The notes: a model not told the origin generated them from the letters alone. Numbered from the stretch's first letter, positions 1-9,870 are shown. The stretch: DNA of 32,000 nt from Candidatus Kuenenia stuttgartensis (GCF_900232105.1 NZ_LT934425.1:3570001-3602000), one strand, 5' to 3'. Made by a program: numbers and translations.

Positions 1-1
1 G

Positions 2-907
2 ACAAGGCATGTTGTGAGATTCCTCAGTCCCAGGTGGCAGGATATGGCTCAGGGGACAGGGATAAAGTATCGCATAAACACTGATGGACTTAAAAAAGTC
101 AGGGATATAAAAGGCAATCCTTCAGAATTACGGGAAGTAGTATTGAATATTATCACTAATGCATTGGATGCCATGCCCAAAGGAGGTACCCTTTGTTTTA
201 ATATCTGGGAGGATGAAGATAACGTAAATTTGAGTATTTCCGATACGGGGGCCGGTATGACTGAAGAGGTGATATCGAAAATCTTTGATCCTTTCTTCAC
301 GAGCAAGGAAAAGGGCACAGGCTTAGGTTTGAGTGTTGTTTATGGGATTGTTAAAAGACATGGGGGTGTGATACACGTTTCCAGCACGGTTGGAATGGGA
401 AGTGTTTTCCTATTATCGTTTCCATCAAAAAAAGAGGTTTATACGGTAGAAGAAGCACAAATAATCGGGACAAAAAAAGGGATGATGGAAGATAATGTAT
501 TGGTGCTTGATGATGCGAACACAGTCAGCGATGCGGTGTTGGAGTATGGTGGGGGAAATAAGATATTGGTGATTGAGGATGAATTGGTTATAGGAAAGGT
601 GTTGTGCAATTTTCTTACAGAGGGAGGGTATGTTGTTGAATATTGTAATAATGGTGCAGATGCATTAGATAAATTAAAACAATACAAATATGACATTGTC
701 CTTTGTGATCTTGGGATGCCGGGGGTTTCGGGATGGGATATAATGAATGCAGTAGAAATGTTACAAGAAAAACCAAAGGTCGGTATAATTACCGGATTCC
801 TGAATACCGCGGATACTTTTCCAGATAATAAAATAAAAGCAAATTTTATCATCAATAAGCCATTTGATTTAGAAGTTGTATTAGAACATATTCAGCAGAT
901 ACTTTAA
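2..907 (+). CDS. Hybrid histidine kinase C-terminal part (HATPase_c) fused to a response-regulator receiver domain; 5' end outside the window
   Basis: Frame is open to the left window edge. N-box (NIITNALDAM), G1 (DTGAGM) and G2 (GTGLGLSVV) motifs are followed by a REC domain (ILVIEDE...DIVLCDLGMPG). Confidence 0.9.
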   Translation, partial: TRHVVRFLSPRWQDMAQGTGIKYRINTDGLKKVRDIKGNPSELREVVLNIITNALDAMPKGGTLCFNIWEDEDNVNLSISDTGAGMTEEVISKIFDPFFTSKEKGTGLGLSVVYGIVKRHGGVIHVSSTVGMGSVFLLSFPSKKEVYTVEEAQIIGTKKGMMEDNVLVLDDANTVSDAVLEYGGGNKILVIEDELVIGKVLCNFLTEGGYVVEYCNNGADALDKLKQYKYDIVLCDLGMPGVSGWDIMNAVEMLQEKPKVGIITGFLNTADTFPDNKIKANFIINKPFDLEVVLEHIQQIL

Positions 908-1013
908 AGGGATAGATAATTCGTATCTGCTTTGTATTTTAAAAGAGGTTAAAGTTATTCGCGTGGTAGGTACAATATGTACATGCGCACGCGCATTTGG
1001 AGTTGCAGAAAAA

Positions 1014-1184
1014 ATGAGTTGGACGTGTCCTCACCAAAAAAATAATGAATGTATCCGGTTAAAGAAACCATGCCAGCCTCTGCAGAAGGGTTGTGTGTTG
1101 GAAGATAAAGTTACATTTATAGATTTTCAATATGAGGATAACGAAAATCAAAAACATTCAAAAAAAGGTAACTATCCAGCGTAA
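1014..1184 (+). CDS. Small Cys-rich hypothetical protein (56 aa from ATG 1014; the ORF track starts at GTG 963)
   Basis: Short ORF with spaced cysteines (CPHQKNNEC...KKPCQPLQKGC). Coding status uncertain. Confidence 0.45.
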   Translation: MSWTCPHQKNNECIRLKKPCQPLQKGCVLEDKVTFIDFQYEDNENQKHSKKGNYPA

Positions 1185-1350
1185 ACATTACCGCCAAACA
1201 CCGGCTACGGATTGCGTTGCTCGCCTGGAAGCCGGTTTTTGTACCATTTTAGTTTTTTGAAAAATTCCAACAATAACAAAATACATAAAACCAGGGTGTA
1301 GGGACGAAGCATTTGCATTTCAAACTCGAAATCCTCAGATGAGTGTCAGG

Positions 1351-1474
1351 GGGAGCATTCCCGATTTTTTGTAACCGATTATGTGATTGGGGCAAAACAA
1401 CATTGCCAGGGATTAATACTACTGTACGTTTCATTAAAACATGGCAGAAATCACAAAAAACCGGGAATGCAGCC
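1351..1474. repeat. Inverted-repeat unit, left flank of the DUF2130 gene
   Basis: GGAGCATTCCCGATTTTTTGTAA (1352-1374) faces ACAAAAAACCGGGAATGCAGCC (1453-1474). Imperfect arms, same family as 2869-3085. Confidence 0.6.
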
Positions 1475-1599
1475 AGAGTTGACGTTTGAAGAATCAGCCC
1501 CACAAGGGCATGAAAGCTGCAAGAGACGTGGCAAGTCTGTCCCCCGCTGGCGAGAGGCATAGTTTGAACCGGTTTGTTGATATTATCAAGGAGAGATGT

Positions 1600-2865
1600 G
1601 TGACAGAGCCAATGATTACTTGTCCGAAATGCCAGACTGCGATTAAGCTGACAGAATCGCTTGCGGCGCCGATCGTCGAGTCCGCCCGTCGCGAGTATGA
1701 GCAACGTCTGGCACAGAAAGACGCTGACATCGCCAAACGCGAAACCTTGCTTTGTGAGCGTGAAAAAGAGATTGTCAGGGCAAAAGAGGCTATTGACGGA
1801 CAGGTCGCAGAGAAACTGCGTCAGGAGCGCGACAGGATAGTTGCTGAAGAATCCAGGAAGGCCAAGCTTGCACTTGCTGCCGACTTTGAGCAAAAACGAA
1901 AGGAACTTGCCGATCTTCAGGAAGTGCTCAAACAGAGGGACGAGAAACTTGCCGAGGCGCAGAAGGCGCAGGCTGAAGTCTTGAGAAGGCAGCGGGAACT
2001 CGATGACGAAAAACGCGAATTTGACTTGACGGTGGAGAAGCGCATACAGGAAGGGCTTGCCACGGTACGTGAACAAGCGCACAAAGAGGCTGAAGACCAA
2101 CTTAAATTCAAGGTGTTGGAGAAAGAGCAGACTATTGCTTCAATGCAAAAGCAGATAGAAGAACTTAAGCGCAAGGCCGATCAGGGGTCACAGCAACTTC
2201 AGGGAGAAGTCCAGGAGCTTGAGCTTGAAGCGCTATTGATCTCGAAATTCCCGCGCGATACGATAGAACCCGTTCCGAAGGGCGAGCATGGCGGCGATGT
2301 GTTGCATCGGGTCATTGGCCATCTCGGCCAATCCTGCGGTACTATCTTGTGGGAGTCCAAAAGGACAAAGAGCTGGAGCGACGGCTGGCTTATCAAGCTT
2401 CGTGAAGACCAGCGGGCAGCAAAGGCAGAGATTGCCGTAATCGTCAGCCAGGCGCTCCCGAAGGGCGCGGCGACATTCGAATTGATTGACGGCGTATGGG
2501 TAACGCATCCCAGGGCAGCAATTCCCGTAGCTGTCACGCTCCGCCACACCCTCATCGAGGTCTCATCAGCCAGGCAGACTATGGAAGGGCAGCAAACCAA
2601 GATGGAAATGGTCTACAGGTACCTCACCGGCCCTAGATTCCGACAGCGTGTACAGGCCATCGTTGAGGCGTTCTCCTCCATGCAGGAAGACCTCGACAAA
2701 GAGAAGAAGATCATTACGAAGCAATGGGCCAAGCGCGAGGAACAGATCGGGCGCGTGATGCAGTCTACCGTTGGCATGTACGGCGACCTGCAGGGTATTG
2801 CTGGGAAGACGTTGCAGGAGATTGAGGGGTTGGAATTAAGCGCTTTGGAGGCATCTGAAGAATAA
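1600..2865 (+). CDS. DUF2130 domain-containing coiled-coil protein
   Basis: N-terminal CPKC motif, long charged coiled coil, then a DUF2130-like C-terminal domain (KRTKSWSDGWLIKLREDQR...). GTG start at 1600 is preceded by AAGGAG; the longer TTG start at 1486 is less likely. Confidence 0.85.
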   Translation: MTEPMITCPKCQTAIKLTESLAAPIVESARREYEQRLAQKDADIAKRETLLCEREKEIVRAKEAIDGQVAEKLRQERDRIVAEESRKAKLALAADFEQKRKELADLQEVLKQRDEKLAEAQKAQAEVLRRQRELDDEKREFDLTVEKRIQEGLATVREQAHKEAEDQLKFKVLEKEQTIASMQKQIEELKRKADQGSQQLQGEVQELELEALLISKFPRDTIEPVPKGEHGGDVLHRVIGHLGQSCGTILWESKRTKSWSDGWLIKLREDQRAAKAEIAVIVSQALPKGAATFELIDGVWVTHPRAAIPVAVTLRHTLIEVSSARQTMEGQQTKMEMVYRYLTGPRFRQRVQAIVEAFSSMQEDLDKEKKIITKQWAKREEQIGRVMQSTVGMYGDLQGIAGKTLQEIEGLELSALEASEE

Positions 2866-2868
2866 TAC

Positions 2869-3085
2869 GGGTGCATTCCCGATTTTTTGCAAAAAAACAA
2901 TCAGTAGGGGTTAACAGTAACGTAGAGACAGGTTTCAAACCTGTCTTTTACCGCTTGAAAATGACAGAAACAACCCTGACAGGGTTCCAAACCCTGTCAG
3001 GGTTAATCAAACAAGATGTTTGCGATACAATACCTGTTAGCCAACAGGTAGGTGCGAATATTTGCAAAAAATCGGGAATGCACCC
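2869..3085. repeat. 217-bp MITE-like element with perfect 25-bp inverted termini and two internal palindromes
   Basis: GGGTGCATTCCCGATTTTTTGCAAA at 2869-2893; its exact reverse complement at 3061-3085. Internal palindromes at 2926-2946 and 2972-3004. Confidence 0.75.
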
Positions 3086-3712
3086 CTTCCAGAATAATCG
3101 CAGTACGTAGTGTTATGTCTCTGGAACCGTCCAAGGTTAAAAGAAACATTCAGCCGGGTTCCTGGTTGATTAAGCCGCGTTTTTATTTACCGCAATACAG
3201 GTGAGAAAGTCTTCACTCTTTTTTTCACCATCATTTAAATCATCGCGTTAATCCATAGTGTGAAAGCGCACATATTTCTTAGCACATCGCAATATGTACT
3301 CACTATATGAATTAATTAGTGATACCGCCGCATCACATCCCTTATGTAATACTAAATTTAATACGAGAATCTGCTGTATGTATTTGCATACAGTGGAAAA
3401 CAAGCATAACAACTCTAAGCATTAATAGTTTATGAAATATCTACTATACGGTGTATTGATTTGCATACAATATTTGTAAATTGCCCGGACTTGTTTTTAT
3501 CACTACTTCTCATGCCGTTGTTAATTTCATCAGGCATAACTACTTTTATCTTTGAAGGTTATAAATTTATTACTACTAGTATAAAAAAATTGTATTGTTT
3601 TAATTTTCAATGGCAAAGGCATTGCGTAGGTATTGCGTTGAGAAAAAAGTCTGTTTCGGGAGTGTTCCCGGAAGATTGTTAAAAAAGATGCAAATTGAAG
3701 GAGGATGGCGAA

Positions 3713-3961
3713 ATGTTTAAGAAGATAGGTATTGGTGTTGTTATTTCAGGGGCGTTAATGTTTAGTTATTTTGGATTAAACACAGCATTCATTAGCCCCG
3801 TAATCGCAGAAGAGGAAGGGAAAGACATTGAGAAAAAGACTGACGAGCTGATGGGTAGTTATAAAACAAGTAGTGCCTCATATGTTAGTGCTGTCGTTTC
3901 CAATGAGGATGTCTGCGAAAAATGCGGAAAAAAGAAAGATGATTGCACCTGCGAGGACTAA
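3713..3961 (+). CDS. Small exported or membrane-anchored protein with C-terminal CxxC...CxC motif
   Basis: ATG preceded by GGAGG, N-terminal hydrophobic segment (IGIGVVISGALMFSYFGLNTAF), C-terminus CEKCGKKKDDCTCED. Confidence 0.65.
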   Translation: MFKKIGIGVVISGALMFSYFGLNTAFISPVIAEEEGKDIEKKTDELMGSYKTSSASYVSAVVSNEDVCEKCGKKKDDCTCED

Positions 3962-4154
3962 TAAGCAGTAAACAATTGATACGTTCGTCATACAGGAGTA
4001 TTCATTGTTATGTAAGCTGACGTTGGGCTAAATTGGTGACATATGAAAACAATTGGCGAAAGAAAACATTTATAGCATATCGCTTTGCGAAGTAGCGGGC
4101 GGATGTTTCCCAATAGCGCCAGTGGCTTGCATTTATTTGCTGGATTTTCAGGAT

Positions 4155-4183
4155 GGCATGGACAAACAGGGTTTGTCCGTGCC
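4155..4183. repeat. Small palindrome GGCATGGACAAAC-AGG-GTTTGTCCGTGCC
   Basis: 13-nt arms with one mismatch. A related shorter palindrome (AGACAAACAAAGTTTGTCC) lies near 10257-10275. Confidence 0.55.
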
Positions 4184-4299
4184 ATCAGTCGTGTAGGGGA
4201 GGGCATTATCCGCAGAGAAATAAACAACGTGTAAACGGAAGAGTGATATTTTGTTGGGTAATGCCCTGTCCTATCAGGTTCGCTTAATAGAAGATGAAT

Positions 4300-6214
4300 T
4301 GTAACTATTCAGCGAGAAATATTTTAAATATAAATCAAAACATAAACATGCCAAATTACCTATTATGGGTTGGGTTTGAAATGCAGGAGGAAGAATTTCG
4401 TTACTCCCACGCACTGCTTAAAGAATCAAGACAAAAACATTTCAACCCTTACGATCTTATCTGTCTCTGTTGGATACCTTATTCTTAATGAGAAAGGGTT
4501 CATTCTGGCGGCAAACTTTGCAAGAGCTTTCATGCTGGGCATAGAGCCGCATTCGTTAACAAATAAACCTCTATCGAAATACATCGTAAAGGAGGATACA
4601 GATGCATTATACAAGGGCGTCTGAAATGGGAAACAAGGAAACCTGTGAACGGAGAATGCTTAAAGGAGATCAATCGTTTAATGCACAGCCTTAAAGCGTT
4701 GCGGTTGAGTATGCAGAGGGAAACATCATTCAATATCTTGTCACTATAGCAGATATTTCTGACTACAAAGATTTGGAAATAAAATTAAATAGTTTGTTAA
4801 AGTTCCACAGTGAGGACACTAATCCGGTGTTGCGGGTATCAAGTGAGGGAATAATTTTATATACCAATAATGCCGGTTCTCACATATTGAATTTGTTGGG
4901 CTGCCATGTATATCAAATACTTCCTGAACCATGGTTGAAAATGGTTGATAACGCCCTGCACAATGGCAGAACTATAACGTTTTACGGCGAATTTACCCTC
5001 CATGTGTATTCTTTTACGTTTACGCCAGTGAAAGAGAAAGGTTATGTTAATATTTACGGGCTTGACGTCACCCAACAACGCAAGCGGATGGAACAAGAAC
5101 TGCTGCATGCGCAGAAATTACAGGCAATAGGTGTTATGACAACAGGGATTGCGCATGAGTTAAACAACATGCTTGCAATCATAGACGGAAAGATACAGAT
5201 GTTAATGCAGGAAAATAAAGGCAGAAAAAAATTACTTAATGAATTACGTTTAATTCAAAGTTCAATCAAGGATGGCGCTGAAATTGTCCGCCGTATGAAT
5301 AAATTTACTACGGAGAAGGAAGATCGTGAAGGGTTTGTAGCAATTGACTTACGGGAAGAGATAAAAAATACAATTGATTTAATTTGCCCAAAATGTAAGG
5401 AACACTCAGAGAGAAAAGGAATTACCTATACCATAAATTTGGACGGCGTTAAACACGTTTCATGCATAAATGGCAATCCTTTGGGGTTGCGGGAAGTATT
5501 GATTAACATCATCTATAATGCCCTTGACTCCATGCCAGAGGGAGGAACGCTTTCCTTTTCTACAAGGGAAGAAAACGGAAGCGTCGTTTTAGAGATTTCA
5601 GATACAGGCATTGGCATGGACGAAGAAACGCAGACAAAAATCTTTGACCCTTTTTTTACCACCAAGGAATATGGCATGGGGTTGGGAATGAGTATTGTTT
5701 ATGGGACTGTCAACCGGCATGGAGGCAAAATAACGGTGCAAAGTAAAAAGGGAAAGGGCAGTACCTTTATTCTAAGCTTTCCCATAGTGAAAGGGTCGCA
5801 AGGTATAACGAAGAATTATGCGCCTGGCAAAGGGATGTCAGATAAAAAGGGCGGGTGAAACCGCATACTTATCGTAGATAATGAGGTAACTCAAGGAACA
5901 AAATTGAGCAGATTCCTTACGGGAGAAGGCTATAACGTTGTTTTTGTAGATAATGGCGCTAAGGCGTTAGCGCTTCTAAAAAAGGATGAATTTGATCTCG
6001 TGCTGTGTACCTTGGACTGCCGGATATATCAGGGTGGGCTATTGTGAATGCAATAAATACTATGGCCGGAAAACCAGTGATTGGCGTAATTACAGGATAC
6101 CTTAATGCGTCAAATTCATTGCCAGGCAAAGAAATGAACGCAGATTTTGTTATCAAGGAGCCTTTCGAATTAGAGGAGGTATTACGTTCCGTTAATGATT
6201 CATTAAAAGATTGA
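4300..6214 (+). pseudogene. Degraded PAS-PAS-histidine kinase-response regulator gene, paralogous to the gene at 2-907
   Basis: Homologous protein sequence continues across frames: PAS fragment (4370 ORF), PAS/HisKA/HATPase (4773-5858), REC N-half in the same frame after TGA 5856-5858, REC C-half in the 6005-6214 ORF. Confidence 0.8.
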
Positions 6215-6997
6215 TATTGCAATACTTATAAAACCATTATGTGGCGATTGTGTTTGCAATGCAATTGTATTGTCTGGTAAGAAACCGACCTGCAGAAGCT
6301 CGTAGGCTGGTGGCCGTAGTTCCCAAAATTAATTCCTTCCCAGATACATGCGACACTGGCATGTTCCCTTTTAAACCACACATCTTTCTCGTAGTTAGCG
6401 ACCACGATAGAGTTGCTCTAATTCAGAGAAAAGGACGCATATCATGCATTAAGTTAGTATATCCCTTATTAACGCCTTGTGAGCGTTTGGTGATATCTCT
6501 GATGGTGTCCCTTCGTTTCCTAAGATAGGGCTCTTGGGTTTATCCAGTGACTTCATGCTTAAACCCTTGTTCTTGCCCTTGAAATCGTATCATGGAAACC
6601 TTAAATTTTGTTTGAAGTTTAGGCGCTTTATCCTCACCCAGCCTCACTCCAAGCTTCCCTCCAACTTTTCGTTCAGGCTGGCCTTGCAGAGAATGCACCG
6701 GCAGGACGTTCAGGCGTAACCACAGATAACACAGATTAAAAAATTCGTTACAATCTTAGAATTGACCAATGACCAAACAAATTCTAATGACAAAATGATT
6801 TGAAATTCTAAATGAACGCATCTTTCGTATTTCGTGCTTTGTGCCTGTTTGCTTCTGGCTATGTCAGTTTAGAGGCAAAATGGTTTACAAAAAGATTTGA
6901 GAAGATGCTTGATCGAAACATTTTATCTAAGAAAGCAGGCGGCGAAAGGAAAAGATAAAGGTTGCTATTCCGCGTAAACATTACACGACTCCCGGTA

Positions 6998-7052
6998 GGT
7001 TCACTCATTAGAAGGCTTTTGTCCTTGACAAAAGCCTTCTAATGAGTGAACC
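6998..7052. repeat. REP-like perfect hairpin (26-bp arms, 3-nt loop)
   Basis: GGTTCACTCATTAGAAGGCTTTTGTC-CTT-GACAAAAGCCTTCTAATGAGTGAACC. Its upstream flank CGCGTAAACATTACACG... is related to the flank of the 28366-28427 copy. Confidence 0.9.
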
Positions 7053-7094
7053 CACGAATGTTAGTTTTCAGTGCTATTACATTCCCGAAAATCA

Positions 7095-7243
7095 CAGACC
7101 GGGTCAAATGAACTTTGTTGTCAAGGAAGTGGGGATGAATTGCTATAAACTCCTGTTTTTGCGCCTATTTTGCCGCTTTTTAGTAACAAAGTGGGGAATT
7201 ATACCCACGAAATAACGTAAAATTGCTTATTTGACCCGGTCTG
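7095..7243. repeat. 149-bp element with perfect 15-bp terminal inverted repeats
   Basis: CAGACCGGGTCAAAT at 7095-7109; reverse complement ATTTGACCCGGTCTG at 7229-7243. Confidence 0.6.
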
Positions 7244-7765
7244 CGGAGCTTGGGAACGAGCGGTTTTTTCAAACCACCAAAGTCTTATCCATAATTCAGC
7301 GTTTTAGCTTTTTAAAAGTTTTATTTGGCAATATGTTCTCATTCACGTTATTGCAGGTTTATAATAGGTAAACAATTGTATACTTATTTATTGACATATG
7401 CAGTTTCCTTAGTTATTATATTCAAGTATATTATCGGTTACTTATGTAAATGACCAAAAAATACATGCAATACTTTTTATCAGAAATGCAGTTGAAATAC
7501 ACAGTATTGAGTTTAATTAAGATTGATAATTTGCTTAAAAACAATTATCGTTTAGAAAGGACAAAATATGATAGTACCTTATGCACAGTTGGCAATCGGC
7601 AATCTACTGTCGGCAAATTGCAGATTGAGGACTGAGGACTTTTTTCGTGTCAGTACAGCACGCATGTTAATAATTGTTTGAAATGTAATTATTTTTAAAT
7701 ATTATTGAACAAAACACAATTAAATTAATCAAGACGGTAAATAGTAATTAATCAGGAAATTTTTT

Positions 7766-8983
7766 ATGAATATGAATATGTCAGCGAATGAACAAATACA
7801 AACGCCAAATGGCAATACAAGGGTAATGATACTTGCAACCTTGGCATTTGCGCTATGCTTTGCCGGTTGGACATTATTTGCACCTTTAGCAATATATTTT
7901 CAGAGAGAATTTAATCTGTCTTCCACAATGGTAGGAATATTACTTGCTACGCCGGTATTACTTGGTTCCCTTGCAAAGATTCCTATGGGTATTGTGACAG
8001 ATAAGTATGGCGGAAGACTCGTTTTTACGATTATGCTTCTGTTTGGATTCGTATCTCTGTTTTTTACCGGTTTTGCCCGTAGTTATGGTTCTTTGTTAGC
8101 GTGCGGATTCTTTTTCGGTTTAATAGGATCTTCCTTTGCTGTTGGAATTCCGCATGTTTCAGAATGGTATCCAAAGAAAAAACAAGGCTTTGCATTAGGC
8201 GTTTATGGCGTGGGAAATGCGGGTACTGCCCTTGCTGCATTTGGAGCGCCATTTATCGCGGAATCTTTGGGTTGGAGTAAGGTATTTATTATTTATTCAT
8301 TTCCGTTACTTCTCATGGCATTTATCTACTGGTTTTTTACATCCAATGCCCCAAAACCTGCCAATTTAAAGGTTTCAACCCTGGGTGACAAACTGAAACT
8401 TTATAAATCTTCCAGATTGGCCTGGATCTTTTGCTTTTTTTACTTCATGTACTTTGGATTCTTCGTATGCTTTTCAGTATGGTTGCCGACGTATTTATAT
8501 GACTTTTATCATATTTCACCGGTAAAGGCCGGTAGCTTCACCTCTATATTTGTATTTCTCTCATCATTTACCCGAATCTTGGGTGGTTACCTGGGCGATA
8601 AGTTCGATGGAAGAAAAATAATGGTACTGCTTACAGTAGCCGTACTTTTTATAGCGGTATTCTTAAATTTCAACTTATCATTAACAACCGCACTCGCGGT
8701 GTTTTACATTATGGGCACTTGTCTGGGTATTGGCAATGGTGTCGTATACAAGTTGGTAGCAGAATATTATCCAAAAGATACCGGGGCTGTGGGTGGCCTT
8801 GTAGGGGCAGCAGGGGGTCTCGGAGGCTTTTTTCTTCCTATAATTTTAGGCACAATTAAAGATTACACCGAGAATTATGCTCTCGGGTATATATTTGTAT
8901 CCCTCGTTTGTCTTATGTGCCTTTCTTTTATGGAGAAAAAAACCCTGGTAAATGCACACAGAAAAGTAGCAACTGCAATGTAA
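7766..8983 (+). CDS. narK: MFS transporter, NarK/nitrate-nitrite porter-like
   Basis: 12-TM-like protein with FAGWTLFAPLAIYFQREF, GIPHVSEWYPKKKQGFALGVYGVGNAGTA and GRLVF motifs resembling nitrate/nitrite porters. Confidence 0.85.
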   Translation: MNMNMSANEQIQTPNGNTRVMILATLAFALCFAGWTLFAPLAIYFQREFNLSSTMVGILLATPVLLGSLAKIPMGIVTDKYGGRLVFTIMLLFGFVSLFFTGFARSYGSLLACGFFFGLIGSSFAVGIPHVSEWYPKKKQGFALGVYGVGNAGTALAAFGAPFIAESLGWSKVFIIYSFPLLLMAFIYWFFTSNAPKPANLKVSTLGDKLKLYKSSRLAWIFCFFYFMYFGFFVCFSVWLPTYLYDFYHISPVKAGSFTSIFVFLSSFTRILGGYLGDKFDGRKIMVLLTVAVLFIAVFLNFNLSLTTALAVFYIMGTCLGIGNGVVYKLVAEYYPKDTGAVGGLVGAAGGLGGFFLPIILGTIKDYTENYALGYIFVSLVCLMCLSFMEKKTLVNAHRKVATAM

Positions 8984-9090
8984 TGAGGGCGAGAAGCGCA
9001 AAGAGGCAGTGGGGTAATATTGAAGGCTGGTGCCGGTACATAAAGACGCTAAAAATTTATTTAATGGCATTTAAATAAAGAAGAATACCT

Positions 9091-9870
9091 ATGGCTATTA
9101 TCGAAAATTATATAGGTCAGAATAAGCTGACGCAATCTGCAATAAAGGATTTAAAGGTCGGTGCACGGTTAGTATTTATTGGTGTTAATCTAAGTTTCTT
9201 AGTAGGAAATTTAATTCACGGCCTTATCTATTTCGAATTTCTTCGGGCAGGAAATCACGGACGCGAATATGAGGCACATGTGCCGAATCTGCCCGATATG
9301 TTTGGTGATATTGTGATGGCAATAGTCTTTGCTTTCGCATATCTTTTTATCGCGTCTGATTCAGTAAAAAGAGTAGCAGATGGAATCTCTGATGTTTCAT
9401 CAGGATTGACCTGCCAGGATAAACAAGCTGTGGAGCAGTTAATAAAATGGGTAAAAGGCCTTTTTTATGTAAGTATCATCGGGTTTGGATTGTATTTTCT
9501 CTCAAAATATTTCTTGTCTGAGGTACTTGAAGTATTTTTGGAAGAAGAGGAAGACGTTAGTGTTTCAATGCATCATATCTCTTTCGCCGCTCATAAACAT
9601 CATGTAATTCCAATTATCTTAAATATTTTAAACGATTTTGTTAAATTAGGTTCGGTTTTCATATTCGTTACGGTATATTGCAGGTATCTTTCCTTAGGCA
9701 AGTATGCTTTTCTTACCCTTTATGCCTTCTTTTTTATACGATTCCTCTTTGCAACCAATATGTTTGGATTTATTGATAGATATGATTTGTATATGGGCGC
9801 CGCTATCCTGGATTTTCTAACACCGGTTATTAATATTATTTCAATTATTAGTATAGCTATTGGTGTGTAA
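9091..9870 (+). CDS. Multi-pass membrane protein of unknown function
   Basis: 259-aa ORF with several hydrophobic segments; weak resemblance to YqhA/UPF0114-type proteins only. Confidence 0.7.
   Translation: MAIIENYIGQNKLTQSAIKDLKVGARLVFIGVNLSFLVGNLIHGLIYFEFLRAGNHGREYEAHVPNLPDMFGDIVMAIVFAFAYLFIASDSVKRVADGISDVSSGLTCQDKQAVEQLIKWVKGLFYVSIIGFGLYFLSKYFLSEVLEVFLEEEEDVSVSMHHISFAAHKHHVIPIILNILNDFVKLGSVFIFVTVYCRYLSLGKYAFLTLYAFFFIRFLFATNMFGFIDRYDLYMGAAILDFLTPVINIISIISIAIGV

Noticed and set aside
1249-2100. 283-aa minus-strand ORF antisense to the DUF2130 gene
   Set aside because: The plus-strand frame carries clear DUF2130 and coiled-coil signatures. The antisense translation has no family features.
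2871-3110. 79-aa plus-strand ORF (MHSRFFAKKQSVGV...)
   Set aside because: Consists almost wholly of the inverted-repeat element, and the translated palindromes (TGFKPV, GFQTLSG) explain it.
3988-4227. 79-aa minus-strand ORF with PVCPCHPENP motif
   Set aside because: Arises from the GACAAACAGGGTTTGTC palindrome region, with no SD or family support.
6241-6719. Possible relic of a transposase or reverse transcriptase on either strand
   Set aside because: Fragmentary translations looked vaguely protein-like, but no diagnostic motif could be identified, so no claim is made.
7586-7640. Short GGCAATCGGCAATCTACTGTCGGCAAATTG repetition considered as a CRISPR or iteron array
   Set aside because: Only two or three imperfect short units, no regular spacing and no cas/rep genes.
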